DNA of 64,000 bases from Raillietiella orientalis (lineage: Eukaryota): assembly GCA_036172245.1 (NCBI GenBank), contig JAYWIR010000006.1:1116001-1180000 (forward strand). The letters are read 5' to 3'. The first letter of the stretch is position 1. Each line of letters opens with the position of its first letter. The position numbers and the translations under genes were made by a program. Below are positions 22,501 through 34,794 of this stretch, in pieces. The notes beneath the pieces were generated by a model. The model was not told the DNA's origin. It made no database searches and saw only the letters and a list, made by a program, of their open reading frames with translations.

Positions 22501-25500
22501 GTCAGGGACTCTCGAAGGGCTCAACGGTTTCCTCCATGCTCTCACAAAGCCGTCGAAAGGACAATCCCGCAGCGACACGAGCCTTTGCAGAAAACGCTAA
22601 TTGGAGGACGGAGCTTATTCTACCTCAAAAAAAAGGTCCATCGCCGTCTGTGCCCCGAAAGCGAATGCTGTGATGGCCGGAAAGGCCAACTGTTGGCGAG
22701 GTTGTGGTTCCTTCGACAATTCACAGAAGACCTGATCTTCAAGGAGGGGCTCGCTTGTGTGACGATGGTTTGGCCCGCCGTGTGCCCTTTCTCCTTTGTT
22801 CATCCCCCCCCATTCGCATCCGCTCGCCTACCTAAACATTCGTTTCCCGCCCAGCCGTGGTGCCACTGCGCGCTCCCGGTGGGGGCAGGAAATAACGACT
22901 AGAAGTCCCAGCTCGAACTGATTGCCTCATCGGACACGAGATGACAGCAGAGGCACGAGAGGAGGATGAGTCCCACTTGTTTCACGAACCTTCCGCTGAC
23001 CGCAACTGACGGAGGTAAGTCCCCCTTACTCATGGAACCAGGTGGGTTATTTTCCACAAGGGTGGCCCGGATCCGTGCCAAGACCGAAAAGACTACGTGT
23101 TTGCTTTAGTTTTTCATCTAAAGTACCTCATTTGACTACCAGATGGGGTTATGGCCGCTAGCCGTGTCATAGCATGGAGAAATACATACCGACCCGATCC
23201 CCAGGAGCTTTTACGCTTCGAAAAGAGAGAATAATCAGCCCCACCTCTTCTGCGCTCCCTCCAAAAAAAAAAAAAAAAAAGGAAAAAATTCGTAGTAATG
23301 CCTTTCCCAAATCTTCAGCGAACGGTACGAACTTCTGCCACCTGCCGAAGGAAATTGGAAGTTCCTACCCCCTCCTTACTGCAAGTTGAAAGCACAGAAA
23401 GAGAAAAGGGAGAGGGGGGCTGGAGGATTAGAAGAAGCAGTGGACGTGGTGATGGAAGAAAATCCTGGGCGAGGACTCTTATCCCCAGAGGGGAAGGACA
23501 CTCCTTTCGTTTCCCCTGCTTGCTCCCGGCTGCTTCTGACGCCGCGCTCTCGATAGGGGAACGAACGCGGGGCGCTTCGTGAGATTCCCGCATGCAGAAC
23601 AACAGCTCTGCCTCTCCGCACGGACTTTCCGCGTGCTCCGCGACGCGGAAAATGCAGGGAAGAGGAAGGAGGATGGGGAGGAGGAGAGAACAATCATCAT
23701 CGGTACTCCCATCCTCGCTCCCGGGAAGGACCGACATCCATTCGCTGCCACAGCGGTGATGGGCCGGCTGCTTCTTTTTTTGTATTTTTGCTCGCTGGCT
23801 GCCACGCACGTCGTGAGGGATGGGCCTCCAGGCAACTTCTGCAAGCCAAAAGGCGGTCCAGGTGGCCATCTCCGGCAGTCGAAGCGCTCCCAGAGTCTGG
23901 GAGGGTGCGTGTGACCAAAGGCCAGACCCCCCTTTTCCTGGTGGGACTCCGCGCGCTCAGAAGACGGCAGCGACGGCAGGATTCTTTGGGAGAGATGGCA
24001 CGGTGGCCCTCTAGGCTGGGAGCTCGCCCGCCCCCGTGGACCGGCTCCTTCCCATTCCGAGGTCGAGCCCTCCAGGAAAAGGTTCCTCTTTTCCTTCCGC
24101 CCCCTTCCCTCCGACGCGCCTATGAGAGGACCTGCGGGGCAGCCTGACGGAGATGGCGGCCGCGATCCCTCCGCGTGCCGGAAGCGCGAAATTTTCGGGC
24201 GCTCGCGTGCGCAGTGGGTGGCTCGCCTCCGCGGGCTCCGGACGAGTCCTGGGTCGCGACCGCCTCAGGGAGGACGAAGGGGAGGGAGGTTACGCCCGCG
24301 GGGGCGGCGCCTCTGCGGAGGGCGAAGAGGAAACTCTGGGGTCCGGCAGGTAGGGAGGGCTCGAGGGGGGAAGAGGGACCGCAGCGAAGGAACGAACCGA
24401 GCACAGAGGGAGAAGAGTAGCCAGTGGTCTCGAAGGACGGCGTTACCCCCTCCCGTATTCCCTCTATCCTACGGCGGTGTCTCAGGAGAGCGCGCAGTCG
24501 TCCCTGGGCTCCCGTCCACGGCAGCGCTGGGGGAGGGAGAGGAGGAAGGAAACACCGGCCGTCGCCACGCGACCGGGCCGTCGGGAGTCGTGCGGGGTCG
24601 TGCCGCCCGCGGGAGTCTCCCAGAAGAAGGCGGGCAAACGCCCTTTCGCTTGGGGTCGGAGCCCGAAGAACAGCAGCTCTCCCTTCCGTTTCCCCCGATT
24701 TCCGGGACTTCGCTCCGGGAAGCGGGAAGGTCAGCTTCGTGTCGTTCCCGGGTCCCGCTCCCGAGCCAGTCGGGGGAGCGCGCGAGGTGCATTCGCAAGC
24801 GCCCATCATTTATTCCAGAACGCCTTACGCTCCCCCCCCGATGATGACGCACCATCAGGGACGGATGGAGGCTCCCTGGGGGACGGCTCTTCCCTTGGGA
24901 CACGATCGAGCGGCGGCATGGGAACTCTCGGAAGGGACTGAGGCGTGAGGGAGGATGCCGGAAAAAGGAACTCAAGGGAGTTCTAGAAGCAGACGGCCCC
25001 TCTCGCATTAGTCTAAGGGGACGGCGGGCGCTTCCCAAAGAAGCCCCTGCGAGAGTCCTCCCTCTCTCGGAGTCCCAGAAAGAGTCGCTGGAAAGGTTGC
25101 TTGTGGGCTATCCGGCTGAACACCTCGCGTCGCTTGGAGGGTGGGCAGAAACAGTCCCTCCCCGCCTCCTTTCCGTGCTCTTTCAAAGGGCTCTGAAGGT
25201 CCTTTTTAGCCCGGAAGGAGGAGGAGGACGCGGGCGAGGGGCGCAAGAAGAAGTGCGTGGAACGAAACGGCTGAGCGACACGCCAAAGTCCGAACGGGAA
25301 AGTCTCCTGAGCCATTGATGCTCCGGTGAAAATCAAAAGCCCGGCTTCCTTCCCCCTCTTCCCTTCGCAATAAAGGTTCGAGCTCTCGCGTTTTTTTCTG
25401 GGGCGGCGAGGGGCTTCCGTGCGAAAAGGTCCAACTCGCTGGCCTTTGCCGACGAGAGGACCCTCGAAACATGCTTTATTTTCCACTCTCTAAGGTCCTG

Positions 25501-28500
25501 ACACCTACGAACGATTTCGATGCGACTGTTCTCCATCAAAAAAACAACAACAGCCAAAAAAAAAAAAAAGGCATTCATTTGAGGAGAGTGGCAGCCCTGT
25601 TGCGCGGGAAATGAGGGCTCCGCTAGAAGCCACTAACGCGCGCACAGCGTCGCCGCGGTCGCTGGAGGATGGAGCCTCGGTGCTGTGCTTCTCGCTCGTG
25701 GAGAGTGCCGCCTGCTCGGAGGAAACGCGGGCGAGAAAGACAGAAAGGAAAAGTGCACCGCACGACAAGAAACGCAAGTGCCCGAGTACTCATTACGTGG
25801 AGCGTGGTGCAGAGCGAACGCAACTTGGGGTAGGCAGCGTCTCGGATTCCCGGAGCACCCTCACCATCCCGAGCGGGGCGCGCCGCCGTGGGGAAGGGGG
25901 GGGGTCGTGGGGCGGGCCGGGGCAGCCACGGGCGTCTTACGCGGCAAGCAGATGCCGCCGCCGCCGCGCTTGGCCGGTACCGCGTCCCCCCCCCCCAACG
26001 GGCCAGCCTCCGCGTGATTAAAACGCAGTTTCCCTCTTCGTTCCTCCGCACACGGAATGGATGCCCAAATGCTCCGCTTACTCGCGAAAATGAGCGCAAT
26101 TGGTATGCGCAAACGCAAGCTCTAATGAAGCGCTCTTTAACCGGTTGCAACTGCTTTATGCGAGGTCGCACGCGGTAAGCGGAGTATCTCCAAGTTGCGC
26201 AAATGACGTGTATAATGGCGAGGCGAGGGCCCAGCCGCCGACGCTCCAGATCGTGCGCTTCATCCCGAAGAGATCGCGCGCAGATCGGGAGGGAGGAGGA
26301 AGAGGAGTTTCAGCGGGTTTTTTCGGAAATCGACTGGGAGCCGCCCGTTTTCCGCATCCCTCTCCGCGCTCCCCCGACCTGTGTGGCTGGGATCCCCGCC
26401 CCCACCCCTCACTCTCCCCGGCTCGTTCGAGGGAGGGGTGGTGGCACGCCTGTCGCAGGCAGCGCGCGCGCGTCCACGCCGGCAACAATGCTCGCGTCGC
26501 CAGGCGACGACGGGGCGGAGCACGCGATTCGCGGGAGCGGCCCTCTCGTCCGGACTTTGCAGGGTGCACGCACGCACGCACGCACGCTCCAAGTGCACGC
26601 GTGCCGATACGGCACACGTTGGTTCCGTGCCCCGCTGGAAGCCGCCGCATGCCGATTCTGTGCAACCGCCAGCTTTCTCCCCGTGTGCTGCCGCTGGTAA
26701 GAGGAGAAATCCCAGGTAAGCTCGTTGAGACGGTGAGTGTCAGTTTACGCGGATCAAACTTCACGCCGTGCATCCGTGAAATCATTAACAGGTGTTTCGT
26801 GCAAAGAAACATCATCCGTGAGGTGTTTTGCTGATCTCGCGAATCCGTTCCTTCTCGGGATGCACGCTGAGCTTGTTTGGAAGAAAACAGGAAAACAAAC
26901 AAAAATAAGTTTTGGGCCATCTCCGCCTTGTTTGCGCTTGGCGAAATAAACGGAGGTAGATAAATCGTCGCCGCATCTGCCTGTGTTCTTCGATCCATCC
27001 GAAGATTGTTTTTTTTCCTCTTTTTTTCCCCAACTGATTAAATACGCCAGCTTTCCATTGGCTCCACGGCGTCGACTTGAGATCCCTCGAGATCTCCTGA
27101 AACACTTTTGGTTTCGCTTGGAAACGCGCCGTCCGCTTGAGAGCAAACATCCAAAAGAGTATCCAAACAGGCGTGGAGTCGCGGGACCCGAAGGGACCTC
27201 GAGCCTCGGGTCTGTGCGAAAGGATGCAGGAGAGGCGAACCGGAGAGGAGGAGGGATAAGAAGGGGGGGGGCACTTCCTGCGACCGGAGGGTGGATCGGA
27301 AAACTCGGCGGGGGAGAGATACGTCTCCGTCCGGGAGGTGAAAGGGAAAGTATGCGCGTGTCTGTGTGCTCCGGGATGTTTACGGAATACCTTAAAAAAC
27401 AGCTTCTTCACCTCGCGCGCCATCGTCTCACTTTCACTGCTGGCTGCTTGGGAGTATCCCTGACGCAAGCGAGCTGACGCGCGATGTTCACCACCGGATT
27501 TCGACAGCCCGATCCGGCGTTACGCAGGCAACCTGCGACGGGTAGCGTCGAGGTGGCAGGCGAATTTTTCATCGGCTCCGACGGCCACTCTTGCGGAACT
27601 CCTGCAGACTTGCGCAAGAGAATCGCTCGCTGGTGATCAGCAAATCTTCCGAGAATTGGGCAAGACGCTCCATCCTCCTCGGGAACCACGTCTGCCGGGA
27701 AGGGAGCGTTGCGGCAGGCAACGGGGTCGGGCGGATCGATCCCGCCGATACGTCCCCGGCCTTTCTGGCTGGAGAGGGGGGAAGGGGGAGCAGCGTCGCG
27801 GGGAAGGGAACGCCGGAGCAAAGAGATGCAGAAGAACCTCTTCCCGCTCCCTCTCTCTGCACGGCGTCCGCGAGGCGCGCTGCCACCCATCACCCGGGGA
27901 AAGAAACGTGGAAGCGGGGACATACGGGAGTCCGGGGAAGGGCAGCTTGGAGCAGAGCCCCGCGGAGCTGCCTCCCGGACACCATCCGAGAAATCGGCTG
28001 CCTCCGGGGCTGGCCTCTCTTCCTCCGTGTCAGCCCCTGCCTCACTTTCTCGGGTCGCGCTGTGCCGGAGGGAGGGTCCTCCTCCTTCCCCCTTCCTTCC
28101 CTTCCCAGCAGCAGGGGAGAAGCAGGAAAGGCCCTCAGGGGAGGGGAGGAGGCTCTTGGCGGACGGTTCAGGCTTCGGGCGACGACGGCAAGGGGAGGAG
28201 GAGACGAACAGGTTGGCCCTCAGTCCGACCTTCCTCTCGCATCCCATGGCGGCGGTGGGGCGAGCGACGGGTGGTGGAGAGCGCGAGCAGCAACGGTCTT
28301 CCCGGATGCTCTGCGAGAGGAGCGCGGGCGCCCCTCTTTCCGGGTGGGAGGTAGTTCAGCAATTGAGTGTAGTGTGGATCCTCGATAAAGCAATGAAATC
28401 CGCTCTTTCCGGGTGAGGGGGCGGGGAACGCGCGGGGGAGTCCGTCGCCCCCGCGCCACTTTACTCCGTGCCCCGCGGGAGCGCGCCCCAGCAGCGTCGC

Positions 28501-30591
28501 CTTTCAGAGGGGAGCGCCGCACTGCCGTCCTTGGGTGCGCGCCAGCATGGGAGCCCCCTCCGCGTCGCCGGGGAACAACGCACCCATCCATCCTTGGAAC
28601 TCCAGCGCGCACGATACGTGGGAAAGGCCGATCGCACGGGCCTGAGAGAAAGGACCACCCTCATCCTCCTGCGTCATCCGCATTTCCTCCTCCCTAGAAT
28701 ACTCTGCTGCTGTCTCCGCGTGGCCTGCGGGGACGGCGGCGCGTCACATGGCGGGATGTTCTTTGCTAGTGCAAGGCTACCCTCGTCCTCTCTCCCACCG
28801 CCACCACTTTCCCGGAGACGTTGCGAGCTCTCCTCCCGGGAGTCAGGCCTCCTTCCTCCCCGTCTCGGCGCCACCCGCGCTTCTCCCTTGCCCTGAGCGG
28901 GCCGCAGAGAGGCCGCCCCCGGATCCCCCCGCTCACGGGGACAGCCCCGGGGAAGGACCCCCTTCCTTAGGGTGCTAGTGGGTGCCAAGAGGAGGGAGCA
29001 TCAGCAGCAGCAGGGTCGCTCGCCCCCTTCCCGGAGTCGCGCGCTCTGGGTGTTCTGTCCCCGGGGAAAGAGGTGGGAAGGAAGGGGTGAAGGCACTCGA
29101 CCTGCCCCGCGTTCCTCTCATCTTTCCCACCGGGAGGCAAGGGGAGGCAGTTCCGTCACCCGCCGCGAGGAAGAAGGCCGTCGCCGGCTTCCCACCCTTC
29201 CCGGGGGGGAAGCTGCCGATGTTTCCGTTCACACCTCATCTCGCACCCCTGCTCAGAGGGAAGGGATGGAGAGGGAGATGGGGCGCTTCTTCCAGGACGA
29301 CGCGATACGGGAAGCAGCACGCGGAGGGAGGGAGGCACGCAAGCGACCGTTCCCGGGCGGAGCCACGGAGACGCGCGCGGGTGGGAAGGAGAGCCATGGG
29401 GACACCGGTTTCCTTACAGGCACGGGGCATCGCCGCTCCTTTTGAAACGAGCCCGAGGCGCTCCCTGTGGCTTCTCCTCCTTCTCCCGCACCTCGTTCCT
29501 GTTTGCAGCAGCTCCCTATTCGAGGTACCACTTCAGGGGGAGGGGAGGAGCTGCCTCTCGCCCTTCGCCACGCCCTCCCTCCGGAAACGCGAGGGAGCAG
29601 AGAGATGCCGCCGAGTTGGCTCTTCCCGGGAGCGGTGGCGGTTCATCCCGAAAGGGGTCGAGGGCTTTCCTTATCCGCAGGAAGAGGCCTCCGGGAAACA
29701 GGAAAGACCCGACTTGGCGGGAGTGGGGGCTCTCCACGGGGGCCAACTTCCACCTCCTGGAAACGAGAGGTTTTTGGGCTCGGCTCTACCCAGTTTTCCC
29801 GAAAAGGGGAAGAAGGGGAATCAGTCCCTTCCCCCTCCACACCCCGAAGCCTTCGCTCCCGGCTTAGGGAATGTCCCTCCCCACCTCCCGGTAAATCCCT
29901 TTTTCGCTCGCGGAAGTCCTTTAAGGAGGCGACGGTGTCCGGCGGGAAGGAAGGCAGGAAGGGATGGGGAGGAAAAGGGGGAGGTTCCTGCATCGAGGGG
30001 CGCCGCCTTTGGGCTTCCGTTCCTTGACCATGGAGGACAGCGGTGAGCGTGCAGCGGCTAGAAAGCGGCGCGATCGCCAGCGGGGGGTGGGGCGAGTTCG
30101 CAGGGCTATCCCGAGCCCCACATCCTTCCAGAACGGGCAACTCTTCGATCTGCGCCCCCATGTCCATAGAGCATGTGCCTAGCACTCACCGCAACATAGC
30201 AGAGGGAGAAAACTGCGGTGCTCACATCGTTCAAGAAAGGGAAATGCAGCAGCAAAGTGTGGCTCTGTCCCCTCCCCCCCCCCTTCCCAATTTCTTTTCT
30301 TTTCACCCTCCTCCCCTTCCTCTCTTTGGGAAAGTGCAGGGCGCTTGCGACGCTTTACCAAGGCGACACCGAAGAAGTCAACTGCACATCCACGTGAATC
30401 CAATCATGTCGCAGCCTGACGTCATTGGCTGGAAGATTTTTTTCAATCACGGTCCCAGAGCCCCGAGATGTTTCTAGAATGCTGCTTTGATTTTATGGCC
30501 ATCTTCGAATTTTATGGAGCCAGAAACACCCAGATCTAGATGGCTGGGTTGAGGATTTTCGCATTAAGGTTTCCTTCCCTCCTTCTTTTAG

Positions 30592-30717
30592 GCAAACCTG
30601 ATTCCGTTTCCACTTCAAGCGAAGAATGCGAGGCGAAGGCTGGAAAGTTCAAGGCAGATGCCCAGCATCTCCGTCTTCAAAACAGAAGCGAATTTCAGCA
30701 GAAGCTGCTAAACTTCG
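30592..30717 (+). CDS. probable internal kazrin exon (alternative donor at 30741)
   Basis: Strong acceptor ttccttccctccttcttttag|. Open phase-1/phase-1 exon GKPDSVSTSSEECEAKAGKFKADAQHLRLQNRSEFQQKLLNF with coiled-coil-like composition, phase-compatible with the exon at 55097. Confidence 0.45.
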
Positions 30718-33183
30718 GTGAAAAACTGCCGCCAGAAGACAGTGGGGAAACTGTGTGTGTGTGTGTGTGTTTTTTTTCCGCCGTAAACAAAGCGTCGTTG
30801 TCGTGGCAGCCCGAAAGGATTACGCCGCCGCGTTCGGCTTCGAATTATCGTACGGCCTAAGCGTGCCACGGCCGAAAGCGCGCGCCATGCGTACCGTACA
30901 CTCCAGCACGGGTCGAGCTGTGGAGGCGAACTTGCGAGCTTCCTGTGCCGAAAGGAAGGCGCCACCACCCTGCTTTTGGCGACTTCGTCGCGCGCAGCCG
31001 TTCCCACCCTCACGGTGCGAGGGGAATCGCCATCGCCGCCGTTGCGTGCTGTCGCCGAATCAGAAGCGCAAATCCGAAATTCGAAGTTTTCACTTTCAAT
31101 AAGGTCCGGAAGGGCAGCTCGAATTTGCATCTTGTTACCTTCTGAACACGCTGTTCATCGTTTTCATGCGTTGCTCATCAACGTACCTCGGCGTGTATCC
31201 GTGAATCGTGCACTCATTTGCAAATCTAACCCAAGTTTATTACCTACGATACCGAGTGCAGTTCAGCGTGATGTGCAGGGAACGATCACAAAGAAGGAGC
31301 AAAGAGCGCCATTTAATTTACGCACATCCTAAGCAGGCAGCTAATTTACCAACGGCAGCATATGCACAGCGTATGCCTTTGAAATGCCACGCCAAGTACT
31401 GTGCAAGAAAAACGTGGGTCGTTTTCCGAATCGGCCTACTTGCAGATGCTAATTTAGAACGGGAAAATATTTCAAGTTGCAATACCTCTGGATGTACCGT
31501 ACCAAAACCGAAGGACCTCCTCTTCCCTAGACGCCAAGCGTCGCCTAGCTAGCACGCCTCCCTCGTCAGTTGTGCGGTATCCCTTGAAACAGTCCTGGGT
31601 CCCTGTGATCCTCTACTGGCGGTTCTCAAAGTTCTTTATATCTCCGAATCCGTAAAGGTCCGCAGTGCTTTCGGAACAGCGACGATGCTGCAGATCAATG
31701 ACAAGCACAGAACCTCGTTAGATTTGTTTGCGCATGTTCCGTATTTATCACCCAATATGCCGTAATTTGACCGTATATATGTAGAAGAATGGATACCTTA
31801 GCTTTATGTATTCCTTCCGTCCATTCTTCGAATCGGGCAACTGGACGGAATGAGATATAAAGTGGCTTGCAAGAAGGAAAAGTTACCTGTTACGACAAGC
31901 GGGCCCCTGTAAGTGCACAATCTTTTACTGGCTTTTTGCTCGCGTTCTGTGCTGCTCCCTGATGCAAGTTCGGTGTTTTGTAATTTCGTCAAATTGTGCG
32001 GCGGATCCGCTACCGTGCAGCAAATCTCTTGCAGGAGTGCATTAGCAGTAAGTTGCCTACTAGAGAAGAAAAAAAAAAAAAAAAGAAGAAGAATATCCGA
32101 AAGCTTCTTTTCGCTGGAAGCCACTCCGTGATGCAGAGTGCTTATGGTATTTCCAGAGTTTCGTTGAATTGATCGTTCTGCGCTTTTCTTTGTGTTTCAT
32201 GCTGGGAATTTTCTGTGCCTCGTATTGCCTGCCCCTGCCCATGCTGGAGGCTGCGCGTGCAGACACGGTGACTGGCAGATTCCGATTTCGGCCAAGTACT
32301 TGGTCACTGCGGATGATGACGATTTTTGTCAGACGCGTTCCCTTTAAGATTCGCTGGTTACTGCATTTTCGGTACCGATTTTTCATGCATATTTTCTCTC
32401 TCCCTGGGGCAAATGAGAAGCTCTTCTCTCACGCGAGCGATGCGAGAGCAGATCACATGCTCTTCTGCACAGTTTCCTGATTGATTTTGACGAATCGGTA
32501 TTGCCGGAGAAAAAAAAAAGAGAGAGAAACCTGATGCTGATTCCGTTTGAAGAATGCTTTAACCTCAGAAAAGGACCGCTAAAAGGCTTTTCGAACAGCA
32601 ATTTAGAGTCAGACGCGATCGGTATTTATTTGATGCAATGGCAGTTGTACCACACAGCGCCATTATATCACACCAGCTGGAAATACCAGTCACCCTTTTG
32701 ACTACTGTAATCAGAGTCCACTGGCAACCAAAAGGCACGTAAAGCATGACGTACAGAACAGATCGCTCCTCCCCTGTAACAGTGGGTTGGTTGTTTTAGT
32801 CGGGAACGCAGGAACAGGAACGGTTGCCTGTTCGATGGTGTCTGATGCAACTGTCCGCAACGAGGTCTACTATTAGATGCCTTCCAGCCTCCATGACCTT
32901 TCATGTGGTTCTCGCAACGGAAAGTTCGGAGTTGTTGTGTTTCTTCGATTTCATCTCTTCCACATGCACACACGCAAACAGCTACCCTTCAGTGTTTCAT
33001 GTAGTTCGGAGGTGCGTACAAAGATTTTTGTCAAGTCATTGCTCCTCACTTTGTGGCCGCTCGTGCACGAATTCTAGAGCGAGGAGTAGCAGTTGGACCT
33101 CTCACCCGTTCGTCCTCTTCATCCTCTTCAGCGTGCGTCTTGTTCTTCGCAAGTCTCCTCTGTTCATCGTCTCATCTCACGGA

Positions 33184-33184
<1 letters not shown>

Positions 33185-33217
<33 letters not shown>
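33185..33217. repeat. (GA)n microsatellite, interrupted
   Basis: Read directly from the sequence. A similar tract lies at 9088-9106. Confidence 0.9.
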
Positions 33218-34767
33218 GGAAGGTGCACCACCGCGTCCTAGATACCCCCCGTCGAAACGTTTCATCCGCTTGCTCCTGTTCCTCTGAGATACGAACCCAC
33301 CATCCCCGTCGCGCTGCCTGACAGGAGGCTTCCACGAGAATCCCTCCCAGGGTTTCCCTCGAAATGGGGTCATCCCCCCTTCGGAGGTTCGGACCGCTGC
33401 AGCAAGCCGGTAGTCTCCGTACGACGAAGCGCTTTGTCTGTCCTGCTTCTTTGCCCCCTGCAATCTTGTGCTCCTGCAGCACCCACATCCTCTCCCATTT
33501 CCACCGGAATCATTCTCCTTTTTCTTTTCGCAGTTTTTAGTGTTTCAGCTTAAAAGGAGGGGAGGGGGGGGGGACACGAGTTATTTATTTGACGTTTGTT
33601 ATAATTACATCGAATTTATTGCTTGGCGGAGTAGGAACGTAAAAGTGAATTCAACGGTACGTAATCGCTGGCGACCGTGCAGCATGTGGCAGAGAGAGCA
33701 CTCGGTGGATAAATCACGAGCCCGTAACTCGAAAAGACTTTTTGTTAGAAGTTAAACAGAGGTCCAGCAGAGACGTCAGGCAATCCAGAATTCGGACAAA
33801 CGTGATCTTCCCAGTCGATCTATCGTAGCAGTGAGTCGAGGCCTGCTCCACGGAGCGTGCGACTCCCTTCTTGCGCTTGGGACTGCGCTCCGGTCATCTT
33901 ACTTCGTTCCCAACACGAGGGCTTCCTGGAAGCAGACTCCCGGATGGGAAGGACGGGGAAGCACAGAACAAGTGCAAGGATCGATCACAAGGGCTGTTTT
34001 TTTTTTTTCCGGTGGGCGGTCCCAGGCAAGGGAACGGCGCGTGCACGGGAGGCCAAGCCGTTCAGAGATGGATGGAAGATTGCGGTAGGCAGGAGTGTGG
34101 TGCTTTGGGTGATTCAGGGGTGCGCTCGCTCGCGAAAAGTCCCCCGGATGGTGAGTCTCTGAGGCATCTTCCTTCCTTTTCGACGAGGGGAGAAAAAACC
34201 CTTTCCTCCGCGGCGTTCCTCACCCGAGAGAGACGCGGTCGACGGTGCTCCCAAAACGCTCGACAGGCGGCCGGTAGCTTCACCGTGCTGGAGGGGCATT
34301 CCGGTACGCGGCGGCGCTCGGCATCGTCGGAAACACGTCGACCTGTGGGGAGGGGAAGAGGGAAGACGGCAGGCACAAAGTTGGGAAACCTGCACATCCT
34401 CTGGCAGAGCTCCGCTTACGAGCACTGCACGAGGACCCGTTCTTGGAGGTTCTCCCTCAATTCCCCTGTTTGCAAGCGATTTCCGATCGGGCCGCCAAGG
34501 AGGGAGGAAACTTCGCGTTCATCACGTTAAATCATCGGTTGGTGGAACGGAGTGACAAGATCGCCACAACTTCATTCGCGGGGATGCCGCAACTGGGGGA
34601 GAAGCGGCAGCGACGAAACCGTGTTGTTGATGACTCGCTTTCTTCTTTCCTCCCTGCCTTTTTCTTTCTTTCTTTCTTATTTTCGCCATCCGAGTTATAA
34701 AATTCCGGTTTTTCAAAAGTGGTCCCCACTCACGGAATTCATGGATCGGCTGGTCGTGCTCCTCGGC

Positions 34768-34794
34768 GGTGGTGGTGGTGGTGGTGGTGGTGGT
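34768..34794. repeat. (GGT)9 microsatellite
   Basis: Read directly from the sequence. Confidence 0.9.
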
